Virus record (IMG/VR): IMGVR_UViG_3300017963_000244
Coordinates: 1 to 64,000 of that record
Direction: 5' to 3' (one strand)
DNA length: 64,000 bases
Source: an uncultured virus (IMG/VR IMGVR_UViG_3300017963_000244)
Lineage: Duplodnaviria; Heunggongvirae; Uroviricota; Caudoviricetes
The position numbers and the translations under genes were made by a program. How positions within the stretch are numbered: position 1 is the first letter of the stretch; the number at the start of each line of letters is the position of its first letter. A model generated the notes under the pieces. It did no database searches, had not been told where the DNA came from, and was given only the letters and a program-made list of their open reading frames with translations. Of this stretch, positions 35,348-44,347 are shown one piece after another.

Positions 35348-35560
35348 ATGAAGGTCACGCTCAACGTCGAGTTCAAGGTGGAGCCCGAGAAGGAGCTCAC
35401 GAGGAAGGAGGAGGCCAACATCACGGGGATGATGGTCCGGATCGTGAGGCGTCGACTCGGCGCGCTGATCGGGCGCCGACTCGGTGGCGAGGTGCAGCCT
35501 GTCGGATGGGAGGTAACCGTCCAGGGCGTCGAGGTCTCTGGACAGAGCAGGATGAGGTGA
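35348..35560 (+). CDS. Small hypothetical protein
   Basis: AAGGAG RBS; fills the gap between two fibre genes. Confidence 0.5.
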   Translation: MKVTLNVEFKVEPEKELTRKEEANITGMMVRIVRRRLGALIGRRLGGEVQPVGWEVTVQGVEVSGQSRMR

Positions 35561-35570
35561 AGCCGCTCAG

Positions 35571-36563
35571 ATGGCGAACCAGGTCGACAATCTGACGCTC
35601 AACGACGACACGACGGGACTCATCCGCACCGTCGACGTCGCCAACGACGACCTGTTCCTGTCGGTTGACCTCACCCTCCAGAGCGGTGCCGTCCTCACCG
35701 CGGACAATGTCAAGAGAGGAACTGCCGATCCCAACGCGGGCGGCGGAACGCCCGGCAACGAGGGGGACATCTATCAGCGCATACTGGCCGCCACCGGCGA
35801 GCTGTACGTCAACACCGATGGGACGAACACGGGCTGGGCGAAGCTCCTGACCGTCGCCGGCGCCACGCCGACCTGGGCGCAGGTTCTCGCCGCGGGCAAC
35901 GTCTCCGGGGGCACGGACGCCGAGATCTCGAACGGGGACTCGATCGTGGGAGAGGACAACGCGGCCGGAGACGGCCACGACCTCCCCATCACGGCGGGAA
36001 ACTCCACGGGGGGTGGCGGGGACGGCGGCGACGTGGTCATCAGCCCGGGGACGGGGAACGGGGATGGTTTTGACGGCGTCGTCGTCGTCAACGGAACCAA
36101 GCACTACGCGGACTCGGCTACCGATCCGACCGATCCTGCGCCAGCGCAAGGAGATCGCTACTACAACACGGCCCTCGAGATGGAGATGCGCTATGACGGC
36201 ACCCGAACCAAGTGGCTCTCGATCGAGTCGGGGACGGTCGACGCGTCGGACAACGGCACCGTCGCGAGCGGGACATACCTCAGGGTGGGATGGCTTCGCA
36301 TGGCTGGTGCGCTCGGCTTCACGGCCCATTTCAGCGGGACGGTCGTAAGCCTGGGCTACACGCGGAGCGATGCGGACGCCGCGAACTTCGCCGTGACCGC
36401 GGACGGCGTGACGATCGCCACGGTCGCGTCGGCCGCCGTCTCCGGCTACAGCACGACCCTGAACGCGGACTTCGATCAGGGGGACGTCCTGGGAATTCGT
36501 AACGACGGGGCCAACGCGATGAAGGATCCGATCGTGTGGATCCGCGTGAAGTGGAGGATTTGA
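35571..36563 (+). CDS. Putative fibre/decoration protein
   Basis: GTADPN..GDIY..LYV..GW and DP..PAQGDRYYNT fibre-type motifs. Confidence 0.6.
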   Translation: MANQVDNLTLNDDTTGLIRTVDVANDDLFLSVDLTLQSGAVLTADNVKRGTADPNAGGGTPGNEGDIYQRILAATGELYVNTDGTNTGWAKLLTVAGATPTWAQVLAAGNVSGGTDAEISNGDSIVGEDNAAGDGHDLPITAGNSTGGGGDGGDVVISPGTGNGDGFDGVVVVNGTKHYADSATDPTDPAPAQGDRYYNTALEMEMRYDGTRTKWLSIESGTVDASDNGTVASGTYLRVGWLRMAGALGFTAHFSGTVVSLGYTRSDADAANFAVTADGVTIATVASAAVSGYSTTLNADFDQGDVLGIRNDGANAMKDPIVWIRVKWRI

Positions 36564-39500
36564 TGGCGATTCCCGTCATTCAACTAGACAATCAGACGGA
36601 TTCCCCGATCGTGCTCGTGCAGCTCGGGGTCACGGTGCCCGCGAGCGGAAGCATCGCGATCACGGGACAGGACGGGAACGTCTATGTCAGCGAGGTACGG
36701 GACGATCGCGAGCTGTATGCCGAGGTCGATGCGGGCCACATCACGCTGACGGTCGACGGGGTGGCGCTGACGACGGAACAGTCGAAGGCTTACCTCAATC
36801 CCGCTGCTCCCAAACGTGAGGTGAAGGTCAACGTCGCGACCTCCGATCCCACGGTGGACGACGACGATACCGCGGGGTACATCGAGGGTTCTCACTGGAT
36901 CAATACGTCGGCGCGGAAGGACTGGGTTCTCGTCGATCCGGGTACGGGGGCGGCGGTCTGGAGAAACGTCTCCAACCCGAGCTACCATAACGTTGTCACG
37001 GTAGGCATCTCAGGTAGCGACGTCGATTTTACCACCATCAAGGATGCCGTCGACTACGTGGTGGCCCAAGGTGCCAGCGGCTCCAACCCATGGTTCGTCT
37101 GGGTGACGCCGGGATCCTACGTCGAGGTGAACCCGATCACCGTCCCGGCGGGTGTGTTGGTATCTTCGTTCCACCCCACGCAGGTCCCGGACGTTATGGT
37201 TTCGCCCGTGACCGCTACCGACTATCTGTTCGTGTTGTCGGGAGGATCCCTCTTCGGACTTCACATGTCCGGGGTGACCGACGCGACGCGAGCTTGTGTG
37301 ACAGTTACCGCGCAGTCGGAGATTGGAATCTGTTCGTTCAGCAATTGTTCGGTTGGGTTGCTCGTGGGAAGTGGAGTGCCGTGTCTTGCTGCGAATCTCA
37401 CGATCTCCATCGTAGCACCAGGCGTTCCAATCACGAATGCCGCCGTCAAGGTCGACGGGGGCCTTCTGTTGAGCGAGAACATGGTGATACAGGTTCCACC
37501 GGACATTCTGCCAGCCTACAGCGTAAACCCCGTTCAGGTGGGTCTTCGGGTCGAGAACGGGGGCGCGGTGACGCAGACCGGGGGGGCCTACGCCATCGCC
37601 GCGAAGGACACGACCCAGGTATCCGTCCAGGCTGACTCTGGTTCCCGCGTCGCCCTCACCAGCATCGTGTTCAAGGACTCCGAGACGGCTGTTCAGGTGG
37701 GCGCCGGAGGAAGCGGCACCGTCGTTCACTGTTCGGGTAGCAGCTTTCGCGACAACACAGTGAACTTCGATGTGCTGTCGTCTACTGCGAAGGTATTCGT
37801 GGGTGTGTCGGTGGACTCCATCAAGCGATCAGTTGTCGCAGGAGCGACCTTCAGCGGGTTTGTCCAGGAGGACGAGGTTGACAGCACGACGTTCCTCGGT
37901 GGCGTTCTCTACGAGTACCCCTCCGGCAAAGAGGCAAATTTCGGGTTGTTCTTCCACGACCAGCAGTCCAGCGGACTCGTCAGCGGGGGCGTCGTCACGG
38001 ACGCGGGGGGTCTGACCGTAGACGTCTCTGCTGGGACCGGATGGATTCAGCGCAATCTGAGCAACGACGACGCCTTCAACGTGTCGTGGGACGCGGCGTC
38101 CGGCATGTCTCTCACGGCCTCGGCCACGAACTACGTCTTCTACAACGGCAACACGGATGCCCTGGTCGTCTCCACCTCCCCTCCCGGAGACGAGAGCATT
38201 GGCCTGGCCGCGGTCGTCACTGATGGAAGCGGGATCCGCTACAACCATCTCTACACGAATCGCGTGGACTCCCCCGACTACCGCCTCCACGAGTACCTCG
38301 TCAGCACGCAGAAGATCCGGCACAGGAGTGGCCTGGCGACCTCCGTCGGCACGACGAACCGGAACGTCGATGTCGGTTCCGGCATGTACTACCGCGCGCT
38401 CACGACGATCTCCTATGCCGGGGCCGCCGACGCGACGTTCTCGTACTTCTACGGGACCAACGGAGCGAACGAGATCTCCGGCCAGACCCTCGTGGACATC
38501 ACGCAGTACGACGACTCGGGGACCCTGACGGCGATGACGGCCGGATACTTCCGGTCGGACACGGTGATCCTCACGTCGGACGGTCGCGTCAACGTCATCT
38601 ACGGCACGGAGGAGTTCGACATTCAGACGGGAGCCGAGGAGACGGCGACCGTTCCCACGACCCCGACCTTCATGGGGCACTCGGGCTTCCGAATCGCGCG
38701 CCTGATCGTCGAGCAGGGAAACGGAATTGTCTCCGTCGTGGACGAGCGCACGCCGACCGGAACGGGAGCCGGAGGCACCGGAATCACCGTCCACGGCCTG
38801 TTGTCTGGCCTCGACGCCGACGACCACCAGCAGTACCTGCTCGTGGACGGATCCAGGGCCATGTCGGGCAGCCTCGACGTGGGAGGAAGCAGCGTCACCA
38901 ACGTCAACCTCGTGGACGGCGTCGACGTCTCCAATCACAGCAGCCGCCACGACCCGGGAGGTGTGGATGCGCTGACCACGGCCGCCCCCTCGGCGGGGGC
39001 CGTCCAGGTCGGGAACACGGCCGCCGAGGGATCGGCCGCGAGTTACGCGAGGAGCGACCACGTCCACACGGTGACGCCCGGCAATCCGGTCGCCATCACG
39101 GACTCGACCAGCGCCCAGGGAACGGCCTCGACCTTCTCTCGCAGCGACCACCAGCACGCGCACGGGAATCGCGGCGGCGGCTTTCTGCACGCGCTTGTCA
39201 CGACGAGCGTGGCCGGCTTCATGAGCGCGGCGGACAAGACGAAGCTCGACGGGATGACCGGAAACAGCGCGAGCCACGGTTCGACGTTCGTCTCGGGAGA
39301 CGCCTCCACGTCCTCGATCACGTTCGTGGACGGCCTCGCCGGATCTACCGTGAGCCCGCCCGTGAGCGGGACTTACGTCGTGCTCCTCAATGCCAACGCC
39401 GTTTCGAGCACGGGCAGTACCGAGATGGCCTTCGGGATTTCCAAAAACAGTCTGACCGACTGCATCTCGGACTCCATTCGACGCGCGCAGGGCAACGGCG

Positions 39501-39643
39501 GAGACAACATCCCGATATCGACGCACACAGTCCTGACCGGGCTGGTGACAGGAGATCTGATTCGCGTGCTCTTCCGAGTGAGCGACGGTTCGGGTTCCGT
39601 AATACTACGGGATCGCCGAGTGACGATGATGCGGGTGAGCTGA
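36563..39643 (+). CDS. Large tail fibre / receptor-binding-like protein
   Basis: DPTVDDD..GY..GSHWIN, DFTTIKDAVD then a beta-helix-like region, DDHQQYL, ARSDHVH, GFMSAADKTKLDG motifs. Confidence 0.7.
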   Translation: MAIPVIQLDNQTDSPIVLVQLGVTVPASGSIAITGQDGNVYVSEVRDDRELYAEVDAGHITLTVDGVALTTEQSKAYLNPAAPKREVKVNVATSDPTVDDDDTAGYIEGSHWINTSARKDWVLVDPGTGAAVWRNVSNPSYHNVVTVGISGSDVDFTTIKDAVDYVVAQGASGSNPWFVWVTPGSYVEVNPITVPAGVLVSSFHPTQVPDVMVSPVTATDYLFVLSGGSLFGLHMSGVTDATRACVTVTAQSEIGICSFSNCSVGLLVGSGVPCLAANLTISIVAPGVPITNAAVKVDGGLLLSENMVIQVPPDILPAYSVNPVQVGLRVENGGAVTQTGGAYAIAAKDTTQVSVQADSGSRVALTSIVFKDSETAVQVGAGGSGTVVHCSGSSFRDNTVNFDVLSSTAKVFVGVSVDSIKRSVVAGATFSGFVQEDEVDSTTFLGGVLYEYPSGKEANFGLFFHDQQSSGLVSGGVVTDAGGLTVDVSAGTGWIQRNLSNDDAFNVSWDAASGMSLTASATNYVFYNGNTDALVVSTSPPGDESIGLAAVVTDGSGIRYNHLYTNRVDSPDYRLHEYLVSTQKIRHRSGLATSVGTTNRNVDVGSGMYYRALTTISYAGAADATFSYFYGTNGANEISGQTLVDITQYDDSGTLTAMTAGYFRSDTVILTSDGRVNVIYGTEEFDIQTGAEETATVPTTPTFMGHSGFRIARLIVEQGNGIVSVVDERTPTGTGAGGTGITVHGLLSGLDADDHQQYLLVDGSRAMSGSLDVGGSSVTNVNLVDGVDVSNHSSRHDPGGVDALTTAAPSAGAVQVGNTAAEGSAASYARSDHVHTVTPGNPVAITDSTSAQGTASTFSRSDHQHAHGNRGGGFLHALVTTSVAGFMSAADKTKLDGMTGNSASHGSTFVSGDASTSSITFVDGLAGSTVSPPVSGTYVVLLNANAVSSTGSTEMAFGISKNSLTDCISDSIRRAQGNGGDNIPISTHTVLTGLVTGDLIRVLFRVSDGSGSVILRDRRVTMMRVS

Positions 39644-40596
39644 TGGCACAGACGTACACATACTCGATCTCGACGGACTTCCCGAACCAAAAGGTCGCGG
39701 CGGACTCGCTCACGAAGGAGATCGAGGGTTCCGACATCTCCTCGGCCACGCTCGACCACATCGACGTGGCTGTCTCGGCGCCCGACAACTGCGACATCGT
39801 GTTCGACGCGGCGCTGTCGGCCCCCGACGTCACGATCCTCGACGGCATCGTGGCCGCGCACCAGGGCGATCCGCTGCCCCAGTTTGTCCAGCTTGACGCG
39901 GCCGCTGTCACGTTCAAGATCGTTGGCTTCTCCGGGAACACGGTCCCGATATTCACGATCGAGCAGAAGAACGAGGCCGGAGAGTTCGCGTACATGAAGA
40001 ACGCCTTCGGAGAGCATGTCTTCCGGTTTCGGCAGTCGGTGACGGGTCAGCCGAATTTCTCGATCTACGACGCGTCCGGAGTGCAGAAGATACAGCTTCG
40101 TCCCGACAGCGACAGCTTCATCATCAGCGATGCAGGCTTCGGCGTCGGGACCTCGGCTCCGAACCCGAATTACGGGATCGACGTGACGGGGAACGTGAAC
40201 GCGACGGCCGGCTACCTGGTGGGAGGTACCGTCGTCGTCAACTCGACTCGTGGTCTCACCAACGTGAAGACGGCGGACTTCGGTTCGGAATACGCCAACG
40301 GTTCCCAGAGCGGTCCGAGTTACACGCTGGACTGGGCGAACGGGCAGAAGCAGGCGATCACCCTCGCGGGAAACATCACGTCGTTGACTATCACGGCGCC
40401 TCCGGGGGTCGGGAACTTCCTGCTCCGCATCCTCCAGGACGCGACCGGGGGACGGACGATCACGTGGCCCGGCTCGGTGAAGTGGGCCGGGGGCGCGGCA
40501 CCGACTCTTTCTGTGGGAGCCAACGCAGTTGACATCGTGACCTTCTACTACAACGGCACCAACTACTTCGGGGTCGCGTCCCTGAACTTCGCGTAG
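39643..40596 (+). CDS. Fibre-associated protein
   Basis: C-terminal LDWANG..QDATGGRTITWP..VKW.GG.APTLS..VDI domain typical of phage fibre proteins. Confidence 0.65.
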   Translation: MAQTYTYSISTDFPNQKVAADSLTKEIEGSDISSATLDHIDVAVSAPDNCDIVFDAALSAPDVTILDGIVAAHQGDPLPQFVQLDAAAVTFKIVGFSGNTVPIFTIEQKNEAGEFAYMKNAFGEHVFRFRQSVTGQPNFSIYDASGVQKIQLRPDSDSFIISDAGFGVGTSAPNPNYGIDVTGNVNATAGYLVGGTVVVNSTRGLTNVKTADFGSEYANGSQSGPSYTLDWANGQKQAITLAGNITSLTITAPPGVGNFLLRILQDATGGRTITWPGSVKWAGGAAPTLSVGANAVDIVTFYYNGTNYFGVASLNFA

Positions 40597-40608
40597 GAGT
40601 GATCAGCC

Positions 40609-40935
40609 ATGAGTCTCCAGCAGCAGCTCAACGTTTCCCAAGATACAACCTTTCAAGGTCGAGTTCGTATGAGCGCGTTCCGTGCTGCCGATGCGGTTGT
40701 GGCAGAGGACCGGCAGACGCTCGGATATGGCGAGGCAAAAGCCACAAAGCGCCATCTACTCGGCGTGACGGTTCTGTCAGGAAATCACACTATCCTTGTC
40801 TCGTTCTACAGTTCGGTAGCAGCGCAAATTGGTGACGTGGATGACCAGGCCGACCTTACAGATGTTCAGATTGATACCGCCGTGGATGCGGTTTGGGACG
40901 ACATCGCGGGGGTGACGTACGAGGAGAATCAGTGA
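40609..40935 (+). CDS. Hypothetical protein
   Basis: AGGAG RBS; lower GC. Confidence 0.6.
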   Translation: MSLQQQLNVSQDTTFQGRVRMSAFRAADAVVAEDRQTLGYGEAKATKRHLLGVTVLSGNHTILVSFYSSVAAQIGDVDDQADLTDVQIDTAVDAVWDDIAGVTYEENQ

Positions 40936-40966
40936 TCGTTGGACTAGGACTACTGACCCGAGCAAC

Positions 40967-41005
<39 letters not shown>

Positions 41006-41007
41006 CC

Positions 41008-41478
41008 ATGGCAGCAGATAGTCAAGTATATGCGGTGCTTATCAACCCCGCCGGAAACCTGATCCAGCGGAGCGTGAGTTTCAACCCGACCAACGGAAGC
41101 GCGAACGTGGAGGCGCTCGTCAAATCCGCCCTGCAGGTCGTCGCCGTGTTCGTGAAACGCGACATCAACGGAGACCAGGGCGGTCCCTTCTGGGACGAGT
41201 ACAGCGGCAACGACCAGTACTGCGTCGCGGAGGCATACGACGGCATCCAGATGAAGGTGCGCGACGTGAAGGGACCGGGTACTCAGCCGAGTGTCAGGGT
41301 CAAGAGCTACTTCAACGACCTGACAAACCCCACCGGCTTCACGTACCTGGATGCGGTGTTCCATGAGTCCGTCATGGGAGCCGGATCCAATTGGATCGTC
41401 TTCGATGCGGGAGAGGGGTCTCTGTATGAACAGAAGCTCGCCGAGGCCCGGACCTTGGTAGGGTATCCTGGCGCGTAG
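41008..41478 (+). CDS. Hypothetical protein
   Basis: ORF with typical codon usage. Confidence 0.65.
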   Translation: MAADSQVYAVLINPAGNLIQRSVSFNPTNGSANVEALVKSALQVVAVFVKRDINGDQGGPFWDEYSGNDQYCVAEAYDGIQMKVRDVKGPGTQPSVRVKSYFNDLTNPTGFTYLDAVFHESVMGAGSNWIVFDAGEGSLYEQKLAEARTLVGYPGA

Positions 41479-42621
41479 ATGCGCATCCTGTACCAGCCCA
41501 CTCAGGCGAGTCCAACCGGATGGAAGGAGGTCGACTCCTCCGGGTGGGCTGGTCTCGATCCGTTCACGTGCCACGCCCTGTGTGTTCAGGGCGTCGTCCT
41601 CGACGGCGCCGACCACTACTCGGTCGAGCCCGTCATGACCGGGATCGTACGGGTTGTTCTTTGGAATGATGATTTAGATGACTGGCCTGTGGGCCAACGA
41701 TGGGCACGCGAAGTCTATTTCCATCATCTCGCTCCCGACTCGGACCCGCGACTCGGCGGCGCGATCAACACGAATCAGACCCACGTCATCTACGCCGAAA
41801 GCGCCATTAAAGGTGCCCTAGAGGCCGCGTACGGCGAGAATCCGAAAGTCGTCGTCAGGGACTGGGCGGACTTCGATCCGAGGCGTGCGAATCCAATGCA
41901 CGGGCTATGGGTTGCGGACGCCGCACATGCCGGGCACCAGAAACAACAAGCAGTTCATGGGTGGAGAACCTGGACGGAGGGTCTTGATCCGGCCGAGCTG
42001 GATGCTCAGGGTCGCGTGAGAGTTCAGCGTGCCGTGGGACGCTATGAGGCCGCGAAGGGAACGCGGACGTACTACCACAATGCAGTGGCGCTTTCGATTC
42101 CAGTTTATGCGGCCAACTATGAGAATGAGTTAGGACTGGCGGAAGCGGGGGCTGCGAATCAGACCACTTCCGTAAGTCATCAGGGTGCCTTTGCTTGGGC
42201 TGCGGCAACTCCGGTTGGCGAACCCGCTTCGGCAGCCTGGCCTACCTCCGGTACATATCGGTGTCAGATTGATTGTGTGGCGGCCGGTGTTGACCTGACG
42301 TTTGGTCTTCTGAATCAAGGCGGTTACATGGGAGGATTCACCCGGCTCAGCGGCGCTCTCGATACGGAACTCCAGCTCATCGCGCAAAGTCAATCTGCTT
42401 TTTCTGGAAGCGGTCTGCATCTGGCGTCGATTACTAACCCCGCATGGACCGCCGGGGCTAGTTCTGACCACTTCGCGATCAAGATCGCGGCGACTCGTCC
42501 TATCGGACATGGCAGTCAGACGATGACTCTCCAGCTCGGCGAGATGGACGACTTTGTAGATGGTCCGTGGTTCGCGGGGGCACCCATGAGAAACGCCGTC
42601 TTCTTCGGCACCCACTTCTGA
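41479..42621 (+). CDS. Hypothetical (possibly fibre-associated) protein
   Basis: Abuts the previous gene; lower-GC codon usage. Confidence 0.6.
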   Translation: MRILYQPTQASPTGWKEVDSSGWAGLDPFTCHALCVQGVVLDGADHYSVEPVMTGIVRVVLWNDDLDDWPVGQRWAREVYFHHLAPDSDPRLGGAINTNQTHVIYAESAIKGALEAAYGENPKVVVRDWADFDPRRANPMHGLWVADAAHAGHQKQQAVHGWRTWTEGLDPAELDAQGRVRVQRAVGRYEAAKGTRTYYHNAVALSIPVYAANYENELGLAEAGAANQTTSVSHQGAFAWAAATPVGEPASAAWPTSGTYRCQIDCVAAGVDLTFGLLNQGGYMGGFTRLSGALDTELQLIAQSQSAFSGSGLHLASITNPAWTAGASSDHFAIKIAATRPIGHGSQTMTLQLGEMDDFVDGPWFAGAPMRNAVFFGTHF

Positions 42622-42661
42622 TTTTCATGAAGAAAAGGTTCCATCAACCCGTGACGGCGCT

Positions 42662-42676
42662 CGGTAGTGCGCCTAT
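42662..42676 (+). promoter_or_regulatory. Promoter-like motif CGGT-N8-TAT
   Basis: Recurring motif, upstream of 42725. Confidence 0.6.
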
Positions 42677-42724
42677 GTTTCACTATGGTTGGTCTCACGT
42701 GACCTGAAAGGGCAGTCGACCGCG

Positions 42725-43084
42725 ATGGCACGCCGCGAACCCCAGACGAAACCTCTCCTGCAGGGGGACCTCACCCCTCGCATGACGGACGGGACGGACC
42801 TGCGGAACGACAACGCGGGCGACTACCAGAAGCAGGCCCGGAGCCTCGTGATCCGGTATCTCGAGAGCCTCCCGGCCGAGGCCACGGTGGACGTCGCGAC
42901 GATGGCGCGGGACATCGAGCGGCACTATCCTTTCCACGGAGAGGGAGAGGGCTTCTTCAACAAGATCGTGAACGGCCTCGCGAAGGAGGGCTGGGTCAAG
43001 AAGGAGGGCAGTCAGGTCCACCTCCACAAGATCGCCCGCGTGACGCGCCGGTTCCTCTTGGCGAGCTGCGAGAAGTCCCGATAG
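42725..43084 (+). CDS. Hypothetical protein, possible winged-helix, with C-terminal KIA-RVTRRFL motif
   Basis: Follows a promoter-like motif; IVNGLAKEGWVKKEG wing-like segment. Confidence 0.55.
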   Translation: MARREPQTKPLLQGDLTPRMTDGTDLRNDNAGDYQKQARSLVIRYLESLPAEATVDVATMARDIERHYPFHGEGEGFFNKIVNGLAKEGWVKKEGSQVHLHKIARVTRRFLLASCEKSR

Positions 43085-43093
43085 CGCCTCTAT
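43079..43093 (+). promoter_or_regulatory. Promoter-like motif CGAT-N8-TAT
   Basis: Recurring motif, upstream of 43164. Confidence 0.55.
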
Positions 43094-43163
43094 AGCAGAT
43101 CCTCTGTAGGAGTTCTGCGTCCAGATGCCCTCTAGCTCGACCATCGCGACGAAGGAAGGCGCC

Positions 43164-43424
43164 ATGAGGTTCTTCGACATTGCGCTGAAAGTCCTCTCGA
43201 TGCTCGTGATCCCGGTCATCATCTGGGCCGTGAAGCTCGAGGTGAAGAACGCGATCCAGGACGAGAGGATCGTCGAACTTCAGGAGGACCTGGACAAGCT
43301 GTCCGACGTGACGAACGTGGTCCAGGCGAACTCCCTCGCGCTGGTCCGGCTCGAGGGAAAGCTCGACAACGTCGACGAGAAGATCAGTGAGGTCAAGACG
43401 CTGCTTCGCGACCGCGGTCAGTAG
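43164..43424 (+). CDS. Single-TM plus coiled-coil membrane protein (possible lysis protein)
   Basis: VLSMLVIPVIIWAV transmembrane segment followed by heptads; AAGGAAGG RBS. Confidence 0.55.
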   Translation: MRFFDIALKVLSMLVIPVIIWAVKLEVKNAIQDERIVELQEDLDKLSDVTNVVQANSLALVRLEGKLDNVDEKISEVKTLLRDRGQ

Positions 43425-43935
43425 CCTCCTTCTGCTCGCGATTGCCTGCGAGGGCGCCGAACCGAGGGACGCCACGGTCCCGGCTCGCGCGGCGGGCGGG
43501 GGCGAGGTCGAGCACAAGGAACCGCCTCCACCTCCGGTGCCCGGAGCTCCGCCGTCCGAGGCTCCCGAGCAGACCGGAGTCGAGGACGATCCTCCGCCCG
43601 AAAACGCGGATCCTGGCTCGCCGCCGGAGGACGGTGTCTCTAAGACCAAGCGGCCCGAGCGAGGGAGGGACGGCTGCCGCCTGGGCGAGATGCGATTCGA
43701 GGGCGAGTGCTGGTCGAAGAAGTACGTGAAGATGCTGCTCAAGCGGCGCGAGCAGGAGGCCCTGGAGAAGGTCCAGAAGGCGCGGGACGTCGCCGACGCC
43801 GCGCAGGGAGCCCGCGACCTGCTCGAGCAGAAGACGGTCCAGATGGATAAGGTCGAGGACGACCTGGACGAGATCCTCGACGAGTTCAGGCGCCAGCAGG
43901 AGGAAGAGAAGAACAAGAAGGAGGAGGGCCCCTGA
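43387..43935 (+). CDS. Putative lipoprotein with Pro-rich linker and coiled coil
   Basis: LLLLAIA-C lipobox; overlaps the previous gene. Confidence 0.55.
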   Translation: MRSRRCFATAVSSLLLLAIACEGAEPRDATVPARAAGGGEVEHKEPPPPPVPGAPPSEAPEQTGVEDDPPPENADPGSPPEDGVSKTKRPERGRDGCRLGEMRFEGECWSKKYVKMLLKRREQEALEKVQKARDVADAAQGARDLLEQKTVQMDKVEDDLDEILDEFRRQQEEEKNKKEEGP

Positions 43936-43978
43936 CGGTTTTCACGAAGGGATTTTCGCCGGTCGGTAGAGTTCCGGC

Positions 43979-44347
43979 GTGTCAGAGACCGAGATGAACA
44001 CCCCACCCGAGACACCACCAAGCGACGACGGCGCCGCGACGCCGCCCGAGGATCCAGACGTGATCGGCAAGGTCACGCCCGAGGAGCAGGCGGCCATGAT
44101 GGCGATTCGCGGCGAGCAGCAGCAGCTCATGCTGAAGATCGGAGAGCAGGAGTTCCTGAAGACGCGCATCCTCGCGCGACTGGACGAGCTCGAGCGCAAG
44201 CAGCAGGAGTTCGTCAACGGAATCTCGCAGCGCCTCGGCATCAAGGAGGGGCAGCAGTGGGTCGCCGTCGCCGACGGGACCATCCGGCTGGTCAAGCGCG
44301 GCGAGCCGGTCCAGACTCAGGAGGGAGCAGGACCACCCTCAGGATAG
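43979..44347 (+). CDS. Hypothetical coiled-coil protein
   Basis: ORF with typical codon usage. Confidence 0.6.
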   Translation: MSETEMNTPPETPPSDDGAATPPEDPDVIGKVTPEEQAAMMAIRGEQQQLMLKIGEQEFLKTRILARLDELERKQQEFVNGISQRLGIKEGQQWVAVADGTIRLVKRGEPVQTQEGAGPPSG

